A stretch of DNA of 54,806 bases, from assembly GCA_002256025.1 (NCBI GenBank), contig NKIB01013611.1, positions 1-54,806 of the forward strand. The letters are read 5' to 3'. Below the pieces are notes generated by a model. That model was not told the DNA's origin and made no database searches. It saw nothing but the letters and a program-made list of their open reading frames with translations. The first letter of the stretch is position 1; the number at the start of each line of letters is the position of its first letter. Origin of the DNA: Asterionella formosa (Eukaryota). The translations under genes were made by a program, and so were the position numbers. Below, one piece after another: positions 21,301 through 32,300 of the stretch.

Positions 21301-23656
21301 ACCCGTTCCAAAATTAGGCGAGTACCATGTCAACTCCTCTGACTTGGCAAGACTCTTGCACAAAGCTATCGGGCTTGACAAAGGTGTAAGTGCAGCTACT
21401 AACCGCGACGAGCTTGAGAATGACGGAGTCCAAGCTGCCAGTGCTGCCGACTATGAAATCTTTAAGAAGAGTTTGGAAACTGCTCCACTTGCTAATGTTC
21501 GAGACTTGCTCGATTTTGACTCCGACCGTGAGAGTATTCCAATCGAGGAAGTCGAGCCTTTGGCGGAAATTATGCAGCGTTTCTGTACCGGAGCCATGTC
21601 CTTAGGTGCTCTTAGTCGCGAGGCACACGAGACCCTAGCAATTGCGGTTAACCGCATCGGAGGGAAGTCTAACTCTGGCGAAGGTGGAGAAGATGTTATT
21701 CGGGGGAAAATTATTTCGGATGTAGATGGCAATGGCCGTAGTCTATCGTTCCCTCACCTCGCTGGATTAAAAAATGGTGACTCCGCCAACTCTTTCATTC
21801 ATCAGGTTGCAAGTGGCCGTTTCGGCGTTACCCCTGAATTTTTGGTAACAGCAAAGCAATTGGAGATTAAGATGGCGCAAGGTGCCAAACCCGGCGAGGG
21901 TGGCCAGCTTCCGGGGCCGAAGGTGTCTGAATATATAGCTACTTTGCGGTCCAGCAAACCTGGTGTCACTCTCATCTCCCCTCCTCCACACCACGACATT
22001 TACTCCATCGAGGATCTTGCGCAACTAATCCATGACTTGCACGCGATCAACGAGAAGGCTGGCGTTTCCGTCAAGCTCGTGTCATCAATTGGTATCGGAA
22101 CTGTTGCATGCGGTGTCGCGAAGGCTAACGCTGATGTTATCCAGATTTCAGGAGGTGATGGAGGAACAGGTGCTTCTCCCCTGTCGTCGATCAAACACGC
22201 TGGATGCCCATGGGAGTTCGGTCTTGCTGAAGCCCACGCTGCCCTGACCAACAACGGTCTCCGAGATCGTGTTACCATTCGTGTGGATGGAGGTATCAGA
22301 ACAGGACGTGATGTCGCCATTGCTGCCATGATGGGAGGCGAAGAATTTGGATTCGGGACTATTGCTATGATTTCTGAAGGCTGCATTATGGCTCGTGTTT
22401 GCCATCTCAACACATGTCCTGTTGGTGTAACTAGTCAGAAAGAAGAGCTTCGTAAGAAGTTTCCTGGAACGCCCGAACATGTTGTCAATTTTTTCCATTT
22501 CGTAGGGGAAGAGGTTCGTCAGTTAATGGCTCATCTCGGATACTCGCGCTTTGAAGATTTGATCGGGCGTACTGATCTGTTGAAGGAGAGCAAGAAACAG
22601 AAATTGCGTGTTGCCAAGACGAAAGGAATTGATCTCAATAACTTCTTCTCTGGTGCTCCTGACACTAGAATTGACCGTTCGTTCTTGCGGGCCAAATTGG
22701 AAGATGGCACCGAGATTCCCAAAGAAGAAAATATTCATGTAAACGGCTTCAGTTCCCATCTCGACCGTGAGTTGTCTGGGAACGCTGGTATCAAGAAGGT
22801 TATTTCTGAGAACACCGGCGAATTCGTCGTGACGTATAATATTTATAACACCGACCGAAGCGTCTGTGCCATGCTCTCGGGAGACATTGCACGTGCTCAC
22901 GGCAATAATGGCTTTGAAGGGAAGATCACTGTGCAGTTCAACGGAAGTGCTGGTCAGTCGTTCGGTGCGTTCGTTCTACCTGGCTTGAACGTTCGCCTTC
23001 AAGGCGAGGCCAACGACTACGTTGGAAAGAGCATGCATGGGGGAGAAATTGTTGTTGTTCCTGACTCCAATGCTGGCTTCGTCGCTGCCGACTCCAGTAT
23101 TGTTGGTAACGCATGTCTCTACGGTGCAACTGGGGGTGATTTCCATGCCAATGGACGCACTGGAGAACGTTTCTGTGTCAGAAATAGTGGCGCCTTTGCT
23201 GTTGCTGAAGGAGCTGGCGACCATTGCTGTGAGTACATGACCGGTGGTGTTGTTGTGATGCTTGGCAGCGTAGGCCGCAATGTTGGTGCAGGTATGACAG
23301 GAGGTATTGGATACTTTTACGATGCTGATGGTTCCTTCCAAGAGAAGGTTAATCGTGAGATTGTGAAAGTGCAACGTGTAGTGACCGTCGCTGGTGAAGC
23401 ACAACTCAAGAGCATGATCGAGCGGCACTTTGAGAAGACTGGAAGTGAGAGAGCTGAAGAAATTTTGAATGACTGGAAAACCGAAGTTGGCAAGTTCTGG
23501 CAAATCTTTCCCCCATCCGAGGCCCAGTCTACGGTAGTGAACGACATTGCAGTAGGAGTTTTAAGAGTTTCTGCGGCTGCACCTGAAGGCGATCTGTGTT
23601 TTCTTTCTGTAGGTGATCAACTATCCCCTGACCAAACCGCTAGATGCGCAGACTAA
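18333..23656 (+). CDS. gltB: Plastid glutamate synthase, ferredoxin-dependent type; exons 18333-18612, 18731-20083, 20166-23656
   Basis: ERDA/CGVGF Ntn cysteine, HRRFSTNT, HNGEIN, GAMSLGALS, QGAKPGEGGQLP, 3Fe-4S CIMARVCHLNTC, GXGXG domain; no fused NAD(P)H beta domain; signal peptide + ANAF. Confidence 0.96.
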
Positions 23657-25776
23657 TCTTAGTATCATCACTTGTATTGAATTTGCATGAAGCTTACCTG
23701 AACAAATATAAGAGGCACTGGTAGTTATTGATTTTCTTTGGCAGTTACCTGGATCTGACAAAGTCAAGTGTTGCACAGATTTACATTCCTTGAGATGGTT
23801 CACTTCCTAGCAGACGAATCCCCCTAATAGGGTATATGAACTTGCACTTTGCATTTAAACACTTAAAAAATAACCAGTACCTGGAGTATGAAAAAGGAAG
23901 TTGACATTTGTTCAAAGGTTTTGTAGAATTTTGTAAAATAACATGTGCTGATGTGATGTTTGGAGTAAACCCGAAGGTTCCAAACATGATTTGCAACTCA
24001 TCTGTTACTTTGAATCTAAAATATGCAATTGAACATAAAAATTTGGGTTAAGCGTTTTTGATTAATTCTTGCATGATGGGCAGATGGGGTAAATTGCATT
24101 TTTTTGTTTTGACCAAATGATGAAGGAGACTGAGTGGACTTGATTATGTTCGTGGGATGAGAAGCAATAATCCTGTGAACAGCATGCATTACGAAGCTGC
24201 AAACAAAAAATATTAAAAATTAAAAAAAGAAATAAATGGTGTAACAACATGATCAAAATTACTTTTCTGTGTAGCTAGTAGCTAAGTGCAACAATACATG
24301 AATTCTTTGTGGAAAAATCGCTCCATGAGCATACATGTGGATGATAGTAGGGATACTGAATTTCATTCGACAGCCTACATACTGATGCTTTGGCATGCAT
24401 TTTATTTTTGGCAATGAGAACGAACAAGAAATAGGTGAAAAAATGTGGAGCATGTGTTTCTGAACAAGAAAATGTTTGTTCATGCAGACAAATGGCAAAT
24501 AATAGCTGGCAATTAAAAATGATGTTAGATAGCTTATGATCAATCTAAGTTCAAACATGTTTCATTGAAACACAGCTTCATTCACCATTGAGAACAACGA
24601 CAACTGTGTTCCTAATATTGGTCTATTCAATGACATTCTTGCTAAAATCATGCTACTAGCTACTAATCCAGCCACTGCTACTCAATGTTCGCCAGTACAT
24701 TGGTAGAAGCCTCACTGGCTGTTGGCTGAAGCAATTACACTTTTTAGTAGTTGGTAAGTTTTCCAATCATGATGTCAACTTCGGCAGCACCATCATTATT
24801 GTTACTGTTGATTATTTTTGACACTTATGTCCTCCTGTCGTTTTTCTGGAAGACAGTGGATGATTCAATATGGAGGAATGGCATGGGAGGTGACTAGATG
24901 CTGGGCATGGAACAGGCAGGAAGAAACACGTAGTCATCAACTGTTGATCAACTTACTACTGCATCTTAGATGTATGTATCACCAGCCAGGATCAGGGGGG
25001 AGGAGGGGGGAATTAGATTTGGAAGATAATTGGCAAGTCTGTGGTCCCATGCAGTGTTGGCTGACATCCAACAATCAACAACTCGGATTCTTGAGGAGGA
25101 CTCCATGAAGTGTAGTAGATATAGGGTTTCTACTGTTGACTAGCACCCTCTAGCTGTTTCTTGACTAGCAACAATGACGTCTATCATCCTGGATGTGATT
25201 TGGTGTAAACAAACAGCAAACAATTCAGATGTTGAATACCATTGTGAGTCTGAGGTTTAGCCACCAAAACAAAGGGGCCTGAAAACCTGCTAAAAATTGG
25301 TAAACTATCAGATAAAATTGGGAAACTAAAATAACCCATGTGCTGATGATGGCTGCTGATCAGCCTCTGTGGCTGATGCATTCATTGGCTGACTGTGTCT
25401 GTGGAAACGAAAACGAGCGAATGCACACAATTCAGCTGCATCAGTCTGGACGACGACAATCAGACAACACGGTATCATGTACTGTGTATGATACCGGTAT
25501 TAGGTGTTCCAGGTACTACAGGTACTGGCAGCACACCAGAGGATCCTTCTTGAACGACAATCGAATCAAACAAATACGGACCGGTCCGAGCGGTGGGTTG
25601 GCATCTGCATTTTCTCCAGCATAACTGTTCCCCTGTAAATGATCCACTCTTTGACGTCGGACCAAACGGCTTTGTTACTATCTCACCTGCCGTCATACTC
25701 TCGAGAAGCGACGCAGCAACGTAGTTGATCTTCAAGCTCATCCTAGTTCCGATACATCACAATTCTTTTGCATCAA

Positions 25777-27621
25777 ATGAGATCTTATTCCTTGTTCGTT
25801 GTCGCCGTTCCGCTGAGTTGCGCTTTTTCGCCATGTCCTCCGCTTGCCACCTCGTTTGCTAAAGACAGAAAGCAACCTTTTTATCTCTTCATGAGTGAGA
25901 GTCAAGATGGTGAGGTTCTGCAGTCTCTATTCGCCAAGCAGTGTGATCCTGATGGTCTCATGACAAAGGAGACTCTGACTCAAGTGCAGTCCATCTCAGA
26001 TCTTCTGGTACGTTTCTTAGGATATCTGGGAAAGAAGTTGAGACTGCCGCTGATGAAACAAACATGCTCTAGAATTACTCCGCGACAATGCAGGATAATA
26101 CATTTCCAAAATGAGGCGGTCTCAACACTGTGTTGAACTTTTGGTTTCATTTACAGCAATTCAGTATGTGCTCACAACTGCTCCTTCCACTTTCGTCAGG
26201 CTGAAGGTGATTTATTACCAGAAGAACTTGAAGATATCTGGAATGCAGCGCCAAAATTTCCTACTACAGACGATAGAATAGATGTTGACTCCTTCATCCA
26301 AATCTATCGGGATATTGATGACTTGTTTGATGACGGAGAACAGGCTGCGCCTGTTCCTGCCCCAACTCAAACAATGGCCGAAGCTCCCGTCACAGAAGAT
26401 GAAGAAGACCCAGATGAGCAAGACATGGCGACTGTGTTTGCTGGATTATGCGACAATGAAGGTTTGGTCTCGAAAGAGTCTCTTCGCAACTGGGACGAAA
26501 TACAGGAGCTTATCAATGAGGGACTTCTGGGTGAAGATGAACTTGACGAAATCTGGACGAAAACCATCAAATCACCTGGATCCAATAATCGCATTGATGT
26601 TGAAGGTTTTCTATCATTGAATGTTGCACTAGATGAATTGTTTGTCTTTGATGAAGACGAAGAAGCAGGTCCGGCACTCGATGCTGCCACAGAAGTTGCT
26701 GCAACACGCAAACCTGTTAGTGCTCCTGCAAAACGTGAAATGGTGTCGGGAGCAGATTTACCACCAGGTGTACTCTTCGCCGCTCTAGCGAACGAAGATT
26801 ATCTTGTTGGGATGAAAGAATTGTCCAAATGGCAAGATCTTCAGGATATGTTGCGAGAGGGAGATTTATTGCCAGAAGAACTCTTGGATTTGATGGCAGC
26901 CAACGCACCCAATGGACTGTTGGACGAGGCTGGATTTGTTGCCGTTTACGAGGCTATTGATTCCCTCTTTGAAGACACATCCACTGAAGGTAGCAAAATT
27001 GCTTCTGCAAAAGGAGGGCTTCTGAATTTCCTGAGTGCTCTCAACAACGACGATGATCGACTCCCATGTGGTCTGGAATGCACGGACAGGGAAATCAATG
27101 AAGTTATGAGAATGGTTACCAGCTTGGAAAATGAGAACTCCAATGTTGTTCGTCGACGACAAGGAGATATTCGACTGAACGACTTGACAGGAAAATGGGA
27201 ACTGCTTTATTCAAGTTCCTCGGCCATGAAATTCAACAAAGGTCTTAGCGGGCTTGGCGGTAGCTTTCCCAATGGCAAGTTTGCTGGGCTTACCATGCTT
27301 CTAACAAGTAGCAAGTTTATGAGTGATGTAGAATACTTGGAACGTATTGAGGTCAATCCGTCTTCAGCGTCGTTCGATGTCAAGGTCAACGGGGACTGGG
27401 GGCTTCGAAAATCTGTTTCCTTGTTCACGGGAGAACCTTCCACGGTTCTCAATGTGGTACCAGAACGCGTTGAATACGGACCCACTTCAACGAGAGCTGA
27501 TCACTGGAAGTCGCTTGGACCTATGAACATGCTAGATTTGACTTATCTGGACGATGATCTCAGAATCATGAGGGGCAACACTTCCACGGAGAACATTTTT
27601 ATCTATAAGCGAGTTTCATGA
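25777..27621 (+). CDS. Plastid-targeted protein with three EF-hand-like repeats and C-terminal PAP/fibrillin domain; exons 25777-26007, 26200-27621
   Basis: Signal peptide + SCAFSP; LTGKWELLYSS and LTYLDDDLRIMRG are fibrillin/lipocalin motifs; three ~75-aa acidic repeats. Confidence 0.85.
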
Positions 27622-27693
27622 GCTAATCACTGCTAGTAACGCTATGATGTACTGTTATGCAAGCCATTGTACAATGCTGCGGCAAACGCCAGT

Positions 27694-28677
27694 CTAGGAA
27701 GTGAGATTTTGCGCATCGTCCTTACTAACTTCTGGTTGACTTTCAAGCACTTCTCCAATTGGAGTCTTGTGCTTGGATGCCAATACTGACACATCCAACT
27801 TTGATGCCAAAAGCCACGGAACAATTTTCCCTAGGGTCGATTGCTTCCGAACCGTCAATAAATGATCCATTGTGCCATAAAACTGAAATTCAGGTAAATA
27901 AAGTGCCATGTAAAAGCAACGCATCACCTTACAGATAAATCGCTGGAACTAGTATGTACAGGTCAGGTTGGTTCGCACAATTTTGAAACATCCAGGGTTG
28001 ATCCTTGCCCAAGAATCGATCCTTATTGGCATCTAAAGGCTCATAGTATGTCTTGGTCCGTCGCAGAAGTCCCTCTTTATGATGAAACCACCACCAAAAT
28101 AGTTTTCCTGAATCAGTTGTCGCACATCTAAAAAGATACCCTGCTTCTTTCTGAGATTTTAAGGGAGATATCGAATCATGCGCTTGTAATAAAGCAAAGG
28201 GTTTCGAAGATAACCCATGTCGACCCAAGCAAAGAAATCGGAATTAAAAATAATTCTCAGGAATTGCAAGGTCCACAAGTCACAAAGTGGCCTTTTTCAT
28301 TCCAAACAATAGATGTACTCCACCTGGTACCTGGACATCTAGTAAGGACCTAGTTAGTACCTGCAAGTTGAGGTAATTGTGCTGAATATAAAGATTTAGC
28401 TTCCTTTATCCCATATTATTAAATTGTTTATTTAGGCGAAATTACCGTAATATAGAGCAAAAGTTGCGATAAATATGATGAAGCGACGATTTGGACATAA
28501 ATTAGTAAGACATTCACCCCAGCCAATCCAATACTTAAAGAAATACTCTCGCCGACTCATATAAACGTTATCTTCCATTCGTGGCATCGCTGATCTTTTT
28601 GAACCGTTTTTCCCTGGAATTCGATTCAGCCGGAAATATTTAGTATAGTGAAACTCAAAGTCTTGAAACTCAAACAA
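27694..28677 (-). pseudogene. Possible disrupted or multi-exon gene of unknown function
   Basis: Three consecutive minus-strand ORFs, two separated by a stop and 1-nt shift at 27928-27931; no family recognised, no clean splice model. Confidence 0.25.
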
Positions 28678-29341
28678 GGTAGTTTCAACCTGTAATTCTA
28701 CTTATACAGACAATTTAGGTAAGGACGAAGATGGCTAAGTGAGTAGCTCTGGTGATATTATCAGAAATGCGTCAAAACATTGGTTTTGATAACGACAGCA
28801 TCTTCCTAATCGGGGACGAGGAGGCAAGTTTGCGCGTCTACAACTCTGCCTATATGGTGGTATATACGGCTATGAAGGAGAAGAACATGAATGTCTCGAC
28901 GAATACTGGACAAAAACAATATTCCGGACCAAGGCATAAATTTGTCCAATGTACGCCTGATAAGTAGAAAAGGTCGATGACTTCTGGTAGTGTGGAGTAT
29001 TGCCTAATACCGGCATATATCACTGTTGAATATCGGCAATCTAGAAGTACAGCCAGCATCGTGATTCATGCTCCTTTTGTCAATGCAATACAGTACTGTC
29101 ATACTGGTTGTCGCTATTGGCCACTACTACCGGCTAGGGTCCAACAGGAAAACAAGAGGATTAATCCCCGCATCATATTACTCGGTCGCCTCTTCGGAGA
29201 CATCCGTGTGTGTCCAACCGGTTAGATCATTTTGCATAACTCGGTTAGATTCCTGATTCGTTCCTTCCTCTTGCATTGATTGCCGAGCGCACCGTCAGCA
29301 TTGACGTGAGTTATATTTCGGTACTAGTGTAGTCTTGAAAT

Positions 29342-32300
29342 ATGGGTTTGCCGAAGGAAGGAGCCGTCGTTGATGAAGACCCTTACGGAAACTTTTCATA
29401 TAATGATACCAGACGGGCCCATGAAGATGACGATTCATCCTCGAGCTCATCAAGTTCAAGTAGCAGTGCTTCATCAGCAAACTACTCGTCGAATTCCCGC
29501 TCAGAATCTCAGTCGGAAAGTTCGCACAGCGAGACATCTCGAAGTGAATCCTCGCGAAGTGCAACTTCCCAAAGTGAAAACTCCTCACAACACGTAACGA
29601 CGAGCCCCAGTGAAAGCAGTTCGGGCAGTGCAAGTGAAAGCTATTCATCAAAAAGTCGGTCGAGCGTGTCAGAGAGTGATTCAAACAGTCTGGACAGCGA
29701 GGACTCAGAGTCTTCTGACAGTGAATCAGAAGAAAGTGGTTCGCGAAGGTTGGAGAAAGATGACAACTACGATGGGAAAAGTAGTCGATCGGGAACTTCA
29801 GAAAGTGTGTCGGAAAGCGAGTCGGATTCTGAGTCGTCCAGCCCATCTGAATCGTCATACTCAGAGCTAGAGGAAGACCCAGTCGACAATCGACGAAGGG
29901 GCACGCGTTCCGAGGGCAACAAGCCTGAGCTAAATACCGGTGATTCACCGCGTGGATTCAGCGATGACTACAGAGACCACTTAGGTTTTCAAGAAGAATC
30001 TCCATCCGGGTCAACCCCGTACGATGGAGAAGGTCACGATGGTCGACGGTCCCTGGAGCGAACTATTTCAAGTGACCAAGGTGGCGTTCCTCTTAGACGT
30101 GCCCAATCGCCGACTACAACTGTCTCGTCACTCAGTGCTTCACTGGTTACTGGTGTTTTTAGCATGTCCCAAGCGAAAAGGCGTACTCATCACGACCATG
30201 ACGACGATGAGGACACCCTGGATGAAGAGCCTGTTGTCAAACCTCACCGTCGGAAACGTCGAGGACAACGCTCTTCTGCACTTGATGAGCTCGAAGCAAA
30301 TTTGGCAGAAACGATGAGTGTCCTCACACCAGAAGAAAATCGGAAAACAGTTCGTGAACTTGTTGCCATGAGAGAAAAAGGGGAGGGGTATGATCGTGGC
30401 GAAAGTGTTGACGTAACCACTCACACGTCTCATCATTTGCTCCATGGATTTGAGGCGCTGCTTGGTGCCCTGCTCCAGCTATCAGATGAACTTGAGTTGA
30501 TCAGTACCTTTGGTGGTGTCACATTAGACGGGCAATCTACCGTGGTTAGTTCCGATGCATTAAATGCAGTATTGAGTCATGCTCCAACTCTCGATCAAGT
30601 ATTCACTTCACTTAAGCCAATTCTCCAAAACTACCTAGAAGAGGAATCTGACGATGAAATGGATCATTTATTAGGACGTGCACAAAAGCTCGTCCGCCTT
30701 TTATGCGAAATTACTTACCGTGTCTGTCAACGGCAAGAATGGAATCCACGAGCTGAAACGGCATATGTGACTCTGCTTGAGCTACTGGAAAGAACAACTT
30801 TGGAAATTGCATGCGTGTATGAAGATCAGTCTGTTCCGGAATACCAGCTGTCAGGTAATTTGCGAAGAGCGTGGGCTGCGACTGGGCACGTGGAAGAGTT
30901 GAAAACACTGTATGTGACCAATGATACTTGGCTTTTTCGCCAAGTATGCTACGAAGTGTTGGTATCAACAGATCAGTGGTGCCCCAATACTCGTGATCTT
31001 GGGTCGGTCTGCGATGTAGCCAACTCAGTTATGGACGAAGAAGCTAGTGTCCCTGATCCCGAAGCGCGGCTAGCACCGACACCTCAGGCTGCTTTGCAAG
31101 TCTTGGACAAAATAAATGGTGAACCCCTTCTGCGATCATCAATGATGGCGTCGATTTTGCGGCGCATCCTTCCTCCGCATGCTATGACAGACACAGCCGT
31201 TTTGGACAGCTTTTCTTCCATTAGATCAACCATTCGAAATCCACTGGGGCTCTCTGGCACTACCAATACAGTTGCAATTTCGTCGATTTCCGAAGACTTA
31301 AGTGATCCCAAGGCGATGGGTATGGCTGGAGTGGGAAAGACAACAATGGCTGCATTGGTAGCCAGGCATTCTGACGTCCGGCGATTTTTTAAGGATGGTA
31401 TCGCATGGGTTCATGTAGGGAAGGAGGAGTTGGACTATAAGAGATATACACAGTGTTTGCGCGAGTTGGTAGCTCAATTGGTCTTTTACGATGGCGATCC
31501 CCTCTTTGCTGAGCTTTTGCACACTCCTGGTGAACCGTCGTCTAAGAGGAAGCGACGAGAAGAAGGCTTTATGATTTACGCTCGCGATACGGTGACTGAT
31601 CTCTTGCAAATGAGAAATGTGCTCGTAATTCTTGACGACATCTACTATGAACAAGACCTAGAATGGTTTCATTTCATCCCGCAGGTACCCCAAAAATCAC
31701 GTCTATCGAAGAAGAAGGAGGAAGCTTTTTCATCAAGTCTTTTAGTGACTACGAAAATGAGAGACCTCTTACCAGCTGCGGATACTGTCGAAATCGATTT
31801 GCTTGAAGAAACAGATGCTATTAAACTCCTGGTAACTGAATCTGGACAATCATCTGATCACGTGATGGCATCATCGAAGGAAGCGCGACAGGTCGTTCGC
31901 GAATGCGCCAACCACCCGTTGGCTGTTAAAAGTGTTGGGCGTTGGCTGTCTCTGAAGCATGCAACCGCTGGAGTGATTAGTAGTGTGGAAGAAATTCACG
32001 AAGATGTTGTGAAATCGATTGACAAAATTTTGAATGGAACAGATAAAGAATCTGATATGATTTATGAAATTATGGGAATGAGCTTTTCCCCAGCAGTCAA
32101 TGGTCAACCGACAAATGTGATCAAGTTTTGCTTTGCTGCATTTGTACAGGTTTTCTGTTGTGAAAAATATTTGTCGGAGTTTACTCCGTCGAACACCCCA
32201 CCAATGGTTCCGTGGGCAACGGCTGCGCTGCTTTTTGAAACACTTTTGGAGATGGAAGAAGAAACATTGTTCCAAGAAGGAAGTCTGTTTTATTCTCAGC

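Noticed and set aside
18670..23547. Many antisense and alternate-frame ORFs over glutamate synthase, POP and the NB-ARC-TPR gene
   Set aside because: Shadow ORFs of long coding regions; no recognisable motifs.
24062..25381. Short ORFs as genes
   Set aside because: CpG-poor decayed sequence with no recognisable family or splice model.
29420..29880. Ser-rich stretch as a DNA repeat or silaffin-like protein
   Set aside because: Mixed Ser codons with no DNA periodicity, no signal peptide, no regular KxxK repeats; low-complexity part of the large ORF.
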